Made by a program: the position numbers and the translations under genes
The notes under the pieces: model-generated
Database searches by the model: none
Told to the model about the DNA's origin: nothing
The model's input: the letters and a program-made list of their open reading frames with translations, nothing else
DNA from: a virus
Taxonomy: Duplodnaviria; Caudoviricetes
Virus record (IMG/VR): IMGVR_UViG_3300021197_002039
Coordinates: 1,518-65,517 of that record
Reading direction: 5' to 3' (one strand)
Length of the DNA: 64,000 nt
In this document: piece after piece, positions 55,902-64,000 of the stretch
Layout of the letters: every line of letters starts with the position of its first letter
How positions within the stretch are numbered: position 1 is the stretch's first letter

Positions 55902-57935
55902 ATGTTTATCGCGATACTTACATTACTATCGGCACTGTCCATATCAGGAGTTGCAATATTCTACTCCGTCATCGGACTTGCGACCATATTCCCAGGTGCT
56001 TTCGTGCCTGTTGTGATCATGGGCGGGGTGCTGGAAGTGGGCAAACTGATCACGGCCTCGTGGCTGTACAGGAACTGGAAGTTCACTCCTTTCATGCTCA
56101 AGACCTATCTGACCACGGCGGTCATAATATTGAGTTTGATAACAAGCATGGGTATCTTTGGATTCCTATCCAAAGCACACCTGGAACAGAACCTTGCGTC
56201 TGACACCTTGATACAACGTATACAGATCCTGGAAGACAAGATAGAGAGTGAGAAGATGTCCATAGAGAGACAGATTCTAGTGATCAACAGGGCAGAGAAG
56301 GCCATCAGCAGGGACACGGGAACGGCATCAGGTGACATCGAAGTACAGCAGTCGATCATAGCGGACGCCAACGAGAAATTGAAAACACTACTTACGGTCG
56401 AGACCAACACAGTCAGAGACCTCAACGATAGATTAAAAGTATTAGATAAAAATGTCAGTGATGTATTGACTTCAAACAAGTCCTTCTTCAATGAAGAGAA
56501 AGCGGCCGCAGATCTAAAAGCATCACAGAAAGCGGAACGTGAACAGATCGCAGTCAAGGTGGCGGAAGCACAGGACAGGATAGCGGAACTGAAAAGGGAT
56601 CACAAACAGGAGATCGCCAAAGCACAGGAGATCATAGCGAACATGAGAACTGGATCGCAGGACAACAAAGGACAGTTCACAAAAGAGATAGAAAACGCAG
56701 AGAAGAAGATATTTGATTCACAGGGCAACATAGATTTATTCATAGTAGAGAAGCAACCACTTGAGAAAGAGATGTTGACTCTTGAAGCAGAGATAGGGCC
56801 GGTGAAGTACATAGCGGCGTTGGCAGTGGATTGGGGTATAACGGACCAAGTTGAGACCAGCAAGGCTGTAAGGTGGGTTATATTGCTGTTAATCGTGGTG
56901 TTTGACCCACTTGCTGTATTGTTGTTGATAGCGGCCAATCAAAGTTTGATGAGGAGATTCCCACCAGAAGCACCCAAGCCACAGGAAATAGTTGACCTAG
57001 AGAAGCCAGACGAGGAGAGTGTTGACCTCAAATGGAACGCAATGATGGACAAGTCAGATGCAGTGGCCAAGATGGAAGAGGCCACAGAACAACTTCAAGA
57101 ATGGAAAGAAAAACTAGAAGCATTCAACAAGAAGGTACCAAAACCTGAGATCAAAACTGTTGAGATAATACAGGAAGACGACAGCACGATTCCACACATA
57201 GACCTTAAAGGTCAAAAAAAAACTGAAGACAAAGAAATAGTAGCAGATAACACCATAGACGGGTTTGACCCAGACGAAGTCATGTTTGACATGGTTCAAG
57301 AACCAGAAGTAGACAAGGACAAACAACTAGAAGAATTCAAGAAACGTGAGGCGGAAGAAAAACAAGCATTAGAAGAGTTTGCACGTAAGGCCAGAGAAGA
57401 GGAAATAACGGCCACAGTTGAAGAGGCCCTAAAAATGCATGAGTCTGAAAGTGTAATGACTCCAATAGAAAAAGAACCTACGATATCAGAACGAATACAA
57501 GAAGCAATGGAGCCTGAGAGAACAAGGCCAGACTTCACAGAAGTCATTGAACCAGAAGCCAAAATAGAAAAACCAAAGGATATCGTTAAAAATTCAAAAC
57601 CTAGGGTGATGAGGACAATAAAACCAACCGAGGCCAGGCCCCCAAAGCCGATTCTGAGTAATTGGCAAAGAGCTGAATTACTCGACAACTTTCACAAAGA
57701 ACACGGCAACTTCGAGGACGTAAAAGAATACGTACAGAACGAAGAACAAAATGAAAAGTCATTATGGAACAAGTCAAAGAACATGACCAGCGAGACGGAC
57801 TACCACGGAAGAATGGAACAAAGAATAAATGACCTCATGTCTAAAATAGAAAAAAAAGAAATAAAGTTAGAAGATCTATCCCAAGACGATCAAAGAGTCA
57901 TTAACGAAATAAACAATCAGAAAAATGACGGATAA
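55902..57935 (+). CDS. Membrane-anchored long coiled-coil protein with acidic tail
   Basis: Three N-terminal TMs (LEVGKLITASWLYRNW), coiled coil, EIGPVKYIA, VFDPLAVLLLIAAN TM, E/K/P-rich tail. Confidence 0.75.
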   Translation: MFIAILTLLSALSISGVAIFYSVIGLATIFPGAFVPVVIMGGVLEVGKLITASWLYRNWKFTPFMLKTYLTTAVIILSLITSMGIFGFLSKAHLEQNLASDTLIQRIQILEDKIESEKMSIERQILVINRAEKAISRDTGTASGDIEVQQSIIADANEKLKTLLTVETNTVRDLNDRLKVLDKNVSDVLTSNKSFFNEEKAAADLKASQKAEREQIAVKVAEAQDRIAELKRDHKQEIAKAQEIIANMRTGSQDNKGQFTKEIENAEKKIFDSQGNIDLFIVEKQPLEKEMLTLEAEIGPVKYIAALAVDWGITDQVETSKAVRWVILLLIVVFDPLAVLLLIAANQSLMRRFPPEAPKPQEIVDLEKPDEESVDLKWNAMMDKSDAVAKMEEATEQLQEWKEKLEAFNKKVPKPEIKTVEIIQEDDSTIPHIDLKGQKKTEDKEIVADNTIDGFDPDEVMFDMVQEPEVDKDKQLEEFKKREAEEKQALEEFARKAREEEITATVEEALKMHESESVMTPIEKEPTISERIQEAMEPERTRPDFTEVIEPEAKIEKPKDIVKNSKPRVMRTIKPTEARPPKPILSNWQRAELLDNFHKEHGNFEDVKEYVQNEEQNEKSLWNKSKNMTSETDYHGRMEQRINDLMSKIEKKEIKLEDLSQDDQRVINEINNQKNDG

Positions 57936-58245
57936 AGATTCACTTATTGGCAATATGGGTAAGTTGATCATAGTGACACCACCTTCTATGACCCGTCCCC
58001 GGGATATTAGTTTTACCATTTTAAATTTAAATGACGAGCAAAAAACATTGTTCACAAATAAACTGAACGAGTTGTTTCCAGAAAATGAAATCACACTCTT
58101 TGTTTGGGATAAATCGAACGTAGAAGACAAATGGCTGGATGAGGCCAATCTTAACAGTGATTACGTGATCCAAGGAGACACAGACATCACGAAACAAATA
58201 GAAACAATAAAGGCAAAATATGACAGAAGAAAGTTTGATTTGTAA
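57925..58245 (+). CDS. Hypothetical protein
   Basis: IIVTPPS; overlaps both neighbours. Confidence 0.6.
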   Translation: MTDKDSLIGNMGKLIIVTPPSMTRPRDISFTILNLNDEQKTLFTNKLNELFPENEITLFVWDKSNVEDKWLDEANLNSDYVIQGDTDITKQIETIKAKYDRRKFDL

Positions 58246-59467
58246 TTTTTGTGGTAAGTCCAGGAAGGACGTCACAAAAATGATCGTTGGTACCAGCAAG
58301 ACATCGATCTGTAATGAGTGTGTTAAACTTTGTGTGGAGATACTAGACGAGGACATAGTCAAGGCCCGTAAGGAGAAACTTTACTCTGGCGACAAGAACA
58401 TTTTGAATCCAGTGTTGATCAAAGAACATCTAGATCAATATGTCATAGGGCAGGATGCCGCCAAGACGGTGTTGAGTGTGGCAGTGGCCAATCACTACAA
58501 GAGAATAGTGCAACCACCAATCGACTTCGACCTAGACAAATCCAACGTCATGGTGTTGGGAGCCACTGGTGCGGGCAAGACCTTGTTGGCAAGAACAATA
58601 GCAAAGTACCTGGACGTACCATTCGCAATAGCAGACGCTACAACACTGACAGAATCAGGTTACGTGGGTGACGACGTGGAGAATGTGGTACAGAAACTGT
58701 ATGCCAATGCAGGCGGAGACCTAGAAAAAACACAAAAGGGTATTATATTCATAGACGAGATTGATAAGATTTGCAGGAAAGGTGAAAACACTTCTCTGAC
58801 CAGAGACGTTTCAGGTGAAGGAGTGCAACAAGGACTACTCAAGATTGTGGAAGGTACAGAATGCAGGGTACCCCCAATGGGTGGTCGTAAACATCCTGAT
58901 CAACAGACCATCACCATAGACACATCAGACATACTGTTCATAGTGGGTGGTGCATTCACTGAGTTAGAAAAACAGATTCGATCAAAACAATCAGGTGGAA
59001 TGGGGTTTGGAACAAAACTTAAAGAACAAGACGACAAGAACTACCTGAGTGAAGTTCAACCAGAGGACCTGATCAAATACGGACTGATACCAGAATTCGT
59101 AGGAAGGTTCTCCATGCTTACAAATGTAGATCCACTGAACGAAACACAGTTGATACGTATCCTTACAGAACCCCGGAACGCCATACTGAAACAGACCAAG
59201 TACCTGTTTGGATTGGACAACATAGACATTGAGTTTACCAAAGAGGCCAAGCAGAGCATAGCACGTAAGGCAAAGGAGTTGGGTACCAACGCAAGGGGGC
59301 TGAAAAACGTAGTAGACACAGTGGTTCTGCCGTATCAGTTCGATGCGGAGGAGATGAGAAACAGAGGAGTGACCAAGATACAGATAACTAATCAGGTGGT
59401 TGACAAGGGTGCCGACCCTGTGTTAGTATTTAAAAAGACAAATGGAATATCAAAAAAACAAAATTAG
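58220..59467 (+). CDS. clpX: ATP-dependent Clp protease ATP-binding subunit ClpX
   Basis: CNFC..CNEC zinc finger, [12 protein letters not shown] pore loop, [27 protein letters not shown] loop, ARGL. Confidence 0.95.
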   Translation: MTEESLICNFCGKSRKDVTKMIVGTSKTSICNECVKLCVEILDEDIVKARKEKLYSGDKNILNPVLIKEHLDQYVIGQDAAKTVLSVAVANHYKRIVQPPIDFDLDKSNVMVLGATGAGKTLLARTIAKYLDVPFAIADATTLTESGYVGDDVENVVQKLYANAGGDLEKTQKGIIFIDEIDKICRKGENTSLTRDVSGEGVQQGLLKIVEGTECRVPPMGGRKHPDQQTITIDTSDILFIVGGAFTELEKQIRSKQSGGMGFGTKLKEQDDKNYLSEVQPEDLIKYGLIPEFVGRFSMLTNVDPLNETQLIRILTEPRNAILKQTKYLFGLDNIDIEFTKEAKQSIARKAKELGTNARGLKNVVDTVVLPYQFDAEEMRNRGVTKIQITNQVVDKGADPVLVFKKTNGISKKQN

Positions 59468-59735
59468 ACCCAAGTTCAAAAAGACAGAGAGGCCACTAGG
59501 CTTCCAAGGCTACTACGTGGAAGTGCGAGAAGGCGAGGATGCCATCAGGGCATACAGGAAGATCAAGAGATGGATCAAGGAAGACAAGTTTATAGATCAG
59601 ATCAGGGCCAACAACACCTACAGGAAACCATCAGAGATTAAAGTAGAGAAAGCCAAAGAACGCAGGAAGGTACTACGGAAACTGCGTAGGGAACGTGACA
59701 GTTTCATATCAATGCGTCCACAAAGAGGCAGATAA
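59442..59735 (+). CDS. rpsU: Ribosomal protein bS21-like protein
   Basis: VEVREGEDAIRAYRKIKR ... YRKPSE..K...R pattern; basic; N-terminal extension. Confidence 0.7.
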   Translation: MEYQKNKIRPKFKKTERPLGFQGYYVEVREGEDAIRAYRKIKRWIKEDKFIDQIRANNTYRKPSEIKVEKAKERRKVLRKLRRERDSFISMRPQRGR

Positions 59736-59809
59736 TAGTACCACTTAATACCTCCCCTAAAAACATTTAAATAGTTGCACTTTAAAGAGCAATCCCTATA
59801 GGAATTTAA

Positions 59810-60133
59810 ATGGCAACAGAAACGAAAAAGAGTTGGTTGAAGAGCAACATAGTGATGATCCCGGTCGTTGCTTCGATACTAGTTGGAACATTCACAGGTG
59901 TGAGATATGTGGTAACACTCACTGACACAATCAACGCAAACAAGATCGAGATAATGAACATGCAAAGAGACATGTCTGTTATAAGAGATTCAAACACTGA
60001 TCTAAAACAGCGTCTGGCAAGGGCAGAAGGTACCTGGGAGATGGCAGAGAACCTGTACAGAGAACTGGCAGAGAAGGTGCGTGACATGGCATGGGACATC
60101 AAGGACCTTAGCAGAGAAGTAAACGGAAACTAA
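59810..60133 (+). CDS. Membrane-anchored coiled-coil protein
   Basis: N-terminal TM then heptads; TAAATA upstream. Confidence 0.65.
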   Translation: MATETKKSWLKSNIVMIPVVASILVGTFTGVRYVVTLTDTINANKIEIMNMQRDMSVIRDSNTDLKQRLARAEGTWEMAENLYRELAEKVRDMAWDIKDLSREVNGN

Positions 60134-60708
60134 TGACAAAACAGTACATCTGGATAGGCGGCTTGGCATTTGTGATATTCATGACTGCACTGATCACCAA
60201 ATCCGAAGCACGTAACGAATACCTCAACAGTTACTCAAATGCGTGTCAGTATGGTTCTGTTGACCTAAGCACCAGTTACTCACAGGACGACACAGACTAC
60301 AGACACTATTCGCCAAGCAATGATTACGATAATTTTGGTGAACGGAAAGAACTGAGATTGAGTTTCAGGAAGTACCTGGGTGTGAGCAAAAAGATGTGTG
60401 ATGAACAAAATAAAGTATTACTAGAAAATGAGAATCTTAGACAGGAACTGGAGATGCTGAAGGTGTGCAACAAGTATGCGGACAGACCACTACCGCCACA
60501 GTTCAGCACAGTGGAGAAACACTGCAAAGGACTGCGGGCGAGACCCATCAAGGAAAAAAGCGAGGATCCGTTGTGGGACGAGATGAAGAAGGAATACCTA
60601 GAAGCCAACCCTGGAGCAGACGTTTACAATCCACCAGTTAAGAAGAAAGAGCCACTGAAGATACCAAAATATCTAACAGACGAGCCTCTGCCAGTGCCTA
60701 CAAACTAA
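60133..60708 (+). CDS. Secreted or membrane-anchored hypothetical protein
   Basis: Signal-like N-terminus, 4 Cys, Pro-rich tail. Confidence 0.65.
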   Translation: MTKQYIWIGGLAFVIFMTALITKSEARNEYLNSYSNACQYGSVDLSTSYSQDDTDYRHYSPSNDYDNFGERKELRLSFRKYLGVSKKMCDEQNKVLLENENLRQELEMLKVCNKYADRPLPPQFSTVEKHCKGLRARPIKEKSEDPLWDEMKKEYLEANPGADVYNPPVKKKEPLKIPKYLTDEPLPVPTN

Positions 60709-60767
60709 TATTACCAAACACACTCGTAATTTGACGTATAGTGCATATATGTTATAATAAATACAGT

Positions 60768-60826
60768 TGAAGATTGCTTTAGATAGGATCTTCATACATT
60801 AACCTTGCTAACATAGGAGGACAGCA
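60768..60826 (+). promoter_or_regulatory. ROSE-like RNA thermometer in the hsp20 leader
   Basis: CCTTGCT-AACAT-AGGAGG pairs the SD with a bulged G; upstream hairpin TGAAGATTGCT..AGGATCTTCA repeats the motif. Confidence 0.6.
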
Positions 60827-61276
60827 ATGACTAAACATCTATCTATTTTTAATAACCTAAGACCACACACAGTGGGATTCGACGACTGGTTCGATCACTT
60901 CGATGCCATGATGGACGACAGTTTCTTCAGAGGAACTGGCAATTTCCCACCATACAACATAGTGAAGACTGGTGAGAACACCTACGACGTTGAACTTGCA
61001 CTTGCAGGATTTGGTAAGGATGACATCATAGTTGAGTACAAGGAAAACTTGCTCACTGTGAAATCAAAACCAAACAAAGATCCAGCAGACGAAGTTGAGA
61101 AATACGACGACGGAATGCAACACAGAGGCATATCAAAAAGGATGTTCACAAGAACATTTACCATTGCCAACGACGTTGAGGTCAAAGGTGCGGAACTCAA
61201 AGATGGTCTGCTTAAAGTGAGCATGGAAAGAATAATCCCAGAGCACAAGAAAGCAAAAACTATCGAAATAAAGTAA
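60827..61276 (+). CDS. Small heat shock protein Hsp20 (IbpA-like)
   Basis: VGFD, FPPYNI, ELALAGF, HRGISKRMF..TF, GAELKDGLL..ER.IPE, IEI. Confidence 0.95.
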   Translation: MTKHLSIFNNLRPHTVGFDDWFDHFDAMMDDSFFRGTGNFPPYNIVKTGENTYDVELALAGFGKDDIIVEYKENLLTVKSKPNKDPADEVEKYDDGMQHRGISKRMFTRTFTIANDVEVKGAELKDGLLKVSMERIIPEHKKAKTIEIK

Positions 61277-61284
61277 AGCATGAA

Positions 61285-61317
61285 ATGGATGGGGTGGTAA
61301 AACACCCCTCCATGTTT
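61285..61317 (+). terminator. Probable intrinsic terminator after hsp20
   Basis: ATGGA-T-GGGGTG..CACCCC-TCCAT then GTTT. Confidence 0.6.
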
Positions 61318-61348
61318 GACAACTTATGTAGATATGCTATAATAAGGT

Positions 61349-61651
61349 ATGACAATGACAGATATACAAACACTTACAAAAGAAAAGATCAAATTAGATG
61401 AACCTGGCCTATACGATGTGATATTCCTCAACGACAACATCACGACAATGGAGTTCGTTGTGAAAGTGCTCAAGCAGATATTCGGCAAGACGCCAGAGCA
61501 GGCACAGAACATCACAAGGAAAATACATGAACATGGACAAGGCATAGTTGGCTCGTACACACACGAAGTTGCAGAGCAAAAAGGAATAGAGACCACACTA
61601 GCGGCTAGACAAGAAAACTTTCCATTACAGGTAAAAGTCAAGAAGCAGTAA
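61349..61651 (+). CDS. clpS: Clp protease adaptor ClpS
   Basis: YDVIFLNDNITTMEFVVKVL..IF, IH..GQGIVG.Y..EVAE.K, FPL. Confidence 0.92.
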   Translation: MTMTDIQTLTKEKIKLDEPGLYDVIFLNDNITTMEFVVKVLKQIFGKTPEQAQNITRKIHEHGQGIVGSYTHEVAEQKGIETTLAARQENFPLQVKVKKQ

Positions 61652-61652
61652 G

Positions 61653-61997
61653 ATGGGACTTAAGGATTTCGTACTTGAGAATCAAAAAGTAATTGATTTA
61701 GTCAAGGACAGGACTGGAGGCAACGCCCAAGTGGACATGTACTACGGCACTCTGGACTACGCCACAGCAAGATTCCATTCCATACTGATCAAACTGTCAC
61801 AGGACAAACTCAAAGAACAGCAACACCAAGCAGAGGTTACAGAATGCTTCGAGACCATACAAGCATTTTATAGGAATGTGCAGAGGTACAGATTCTGGCC
61901 ATGGATAGCGAGACCATTCATACGTATGGTGCTACACAGCATAGGCACGAGACGTATTCCAAAGATAAAGAAACTGCTAGAAAAAATTAATAATTAA
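61653..61997 (+). CDS. Hypothetical protein
   Basis: 114 aa ORF in the operon. Confidence 0.65.
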   Translation: MGLKDFVLENQKVIDLVKDRTGGNAQVDMYYGTLDYATARFHSILIKLSQDKLKEQQHQAEVTECFETIQAFYRNVQRYRFWPWIARPFIRMVLHSIGTRRIPKIKKLLEKINN

Positions 61998-62001
61998 CAA
62001 T

Positions 62002-62208
62002 ATGATTAGCAATTGGTTGTTCTGGGCAATACCCAAACAATACATCAGGAGATATCTTTTCACATTTTGGCTTGTGATGTTTTTCTTGCCTGGATATCTT
62101 TTAGGATTGCATTTCACTAAACTAGGATTTATAATAAACTGGATCTGGTTCGACCTAGTATTTTATGGTTGGTACAGAGCAAAACAAATGATAGGAGACG
62201 ACGAATGA
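62002..62208 (+). CDS. Small 2-TM membrane protein
   Basis: Aromatic hydrophobic segments. Confidence 0.6.
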   Translation: MISNWLFWAIPKQYIRRYLFTFWLVMFFLPGYLLGLHFTKLGFIINWIWFDLVFYGWYRAKQMIGDDE

Positions 62209-62429
62209 AAGCAGTTGTATGGAGTAAACCGGCCTGCCCTTATTGTGAGAAGGCAAAGAACTTGTTGAAGAACAAGGGCATAGAATACGAAGAGAAGAAC
62301 ATAGCAGAAGGATACAAGATACAGGACCTATTGGAACTTGTGCCCAACGCAAGGACCATGCCTCAGATATGGATAGACGAGGAACACATCGGTGGTTTTT
62401 TTGAATTAGAGAAGAAACTAGCAGAGTAA
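62205..62429 (+). CDS. Glutaredoxin (CPYC)
   Basis: WSKPACPYCEKAK, RTMPQI, IGGF; SD AGGAG. Confidence 0.92.
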   Translation: MKAVVWSKPACPYCEKAKNLLKNKGIEYEEKNIAEGYKIQDLLELVPNARTMPQIWIDEEHIGGFFELEKKLAE

Positions 62430-63763
62430 TGAAATTTGACTTTCCTATTGACAAAATTGAATTAGATTTTGATCTGGAAGGTCAGAGTTCTATACAACTT
62501 AAAATAAATGAAAGGCCTGTTAGTGGTAACATCATACCGGGCCACTTATTAAAAAGACACAATATCATAACAATAGATTTTACAAAGGTAGACCCAAAAG
62601 ATACTTCTGCGTTTGCTAGACTCAAAACTTTCAAAGTGAATGATGGCAATTTTCTTGATAAGTTGAAAACATTAGATTATAACGTAAACAAAACGAAACA
62701 TCCTGATGCTGTGAGTAAGATTCAAAATAATTTATATTTTGGTTACATCGGTAGTATGGATGTGGTGATTGAACAAAATACGAATCTATTACAACGTGCG
62801 GCATGGATCATAGCAAACGAAACATTCGAGAATGTAAAATGGCCAACCAGAAACGAAAATCACAGGATAAAAAATTTTAAAAACGTATATGATGATTACA
62901 AATTTATGTTTACCGGATGTCGTCCGCCTAGGATAAAAGAAATCGAAAGCGTTATAGACAACCTACAACTAGGACCTTTGATTGCTCCATTACACAAAAA
63001 AGACGATAAATCTAAATTAGAAGCATGGATTAATGGTTCTGAAAGAGTGCAAATTAAAAACTTATCGCAACTCCAATACCACACAATTTCAAATGGAACA
63101 ACTGATTCACTGTTTAGTTTTCTTATGAGAAATAAAGTAATACAGATGCCAAAAAAGATGTTCCATCATAACAGGCAAATATTACAAGGTAAGGATTGTG
63201 AGGTCATTGACATTGAGGTGGGTAACATCAAGCATGGCTCTCCGGTGCTACTAGAACTTCCGTCTCCCTGGTACAGCGACGAATACCTGCAATCAATTAT
63301 AAAAGAAGCAAAAGAAAAAAATTGTTATATTGCTGTTGACCTAAGTTGGTTACCAGCATCTATGAACAATATAGAAATGGATGCACTCGATGTAGATGAG
63401 ATATTTTTGGGTATGAACAAGTGTTGGCCTGTTCACTCACTACGTCCTGCTGTGAGATGGTCTAAAAATAGAATCAATGATTCTCAGACATTTGAAACAG
63501 AAGTCAGCATATATCCTAAAGTGCCTATCAACGTCTTGTATAGGCTTATTAAAGACTTTAATTTTGATTATGCTTACAATGAATATATCAAAGATCATCA
63601 AACAATTTGTAATAAATTTAATCTTAAACCAACTTCAGTTTTATGGTTTACCACGCACGAAGATGTGAAACACAATAGCAAAACCAGTGAACCTTTTTTT
63701 TACCTTGATGACTTTGTTTGTGTAATCAATCTGCTTCAATATAAAAATAAATTCTTTTGGTAG
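62429..63763 (+). CDS. Two-domain protein: beta-rich N-domain plus PLP-dependent transferase-like domain
   Basis: NGTTDS, LELPSP, IAVDLSW, GMNKCWP..LR; N-domain resembles 46078..46497. Confidence 0.5.
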   Translation: MKFDFPIDKIELDFDLEGQSSIQLKINERPVSGNIIPGHLLKRHNIITIDFTKVDPKDTSAFARLKTFKVNDGNFLDKLKTLDYNVNKTKHPDAVSKIQNNLYFGYIGSMDVVIEQNTNLLQRAAWIIANETFENVKWPTRNENHRIKNFKNVYDDYKFMFTGCRPPRIKEIESVIDNLQLGPLIAPLHKKDDKSKLEAWINGSERVQIKNLSQLQYHTISNGTTDSLFSFLMRNKVIQMPKKMFHHNRQILQGKDCEVIDIEVGNIKHGSPVLLELPSPWYSDEYLQSIIKEAKEKNCYIAVDLSWLPASMNNIEMDALDVDEIFLGMNKCWPVHSLRPAVRWSKNRINDSQTFETEVSIYPKVPINVLYRLIKDFNFDYAYNEYIKDHQTICNKFNLKPTSVLWFTTHEDVKHNSKTSEPFFYLDDFVCVINLLQYKNKFFW

Positions 63764-63814
63764 TTGACAAATACCAATACATAGTTTAAAATTAACACAA
63801 ACAAAGGAAAAATC

Positions 63815-64000
63815 ATGATAAAAGTAGCATTGATTAAAAAATTAGAAGGTGAAATAGAAGTTGCGAAAGCAGATCTTAGAACTTTCCTAGCAAATCCCAT
63901 AGGTGTTGCAGAACACATCGACTACGTGATCACTGCCGAGAAGAAACTCGAGGCACTTGCACACGCAGAGGACAAACTAGAATCTTTAAACAGGTTATAA
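63815..64000 (+). CDS. Small conserved-type phage protein
   Basis: NPIGVAEHID..LA.AEDKLE.L; TTGACA promoter and SD AAGGA. Confidence 0.7.
   Translation: MIKVALIKKLEGEIEVAKADLRTFLANPIGVAEHIDYVITAEKKLEALAHAEDKLESLNRL

Noticed and set aside
59810-60708. Spanin pair
   Set aside because: The first protein has a TM plus coiled coil, but the second lacks a lipobox Cys and no lysin is adjacent
1-64000. Stop-codon reassignment as in some large phages
   Set aside because: TAA, TAG and TGA all terminate full-length recognisable genes under the standard code

Overview
This 64 kb window looks like part of a large lytic myovirus genome with T4-like features rather than a bacterial chromosome. It is gene-dense and carries class Ia nrdAB, a PD-(D/E)XK exonuclease, a PAAR tip protein, a beta-helix tail protein, small virion proteins, TAAATA late-type promoters and sigma70 early promoters. 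An alphaproteobacterial host is inferred from a circularly permuted two-piece tmRNA, a DUF1178 gene and ROSE-type hairpins. The accessory load is heavy: six radical SAM enzymes (two cobalamin-type), two amidinotransferases, DegT and UDP-glucose dehydrogenase, 2OG-Fe(II) oxygenases, methyltransferases, TctA/TctC, a complete LivKHMGF-type ABC transporter, and clpX, bS21, hsp20, clpS and glutaredoxin. The signals least explained by ordinary annotation are: (1) six NrdR-box-like operators in two clusters far from nrdA, one cluster inside a coding region next to a 4x12-bp repeat (candidate NrdR decoy or dNTP-sensing origin); (2) the permuted tmRNA with an atypical 22-residue LAA-ending tag, in the same window as a phage ClpX; (3) a systematic promoter-N5-ATG leaderless architecture; (4) tandem ROSE-like hairpins before hsp20; and (5) a 10-Cys metallothionein-like peptide missed by the ORF track. 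All calls come from reading motifs by eye; no database searches were run.
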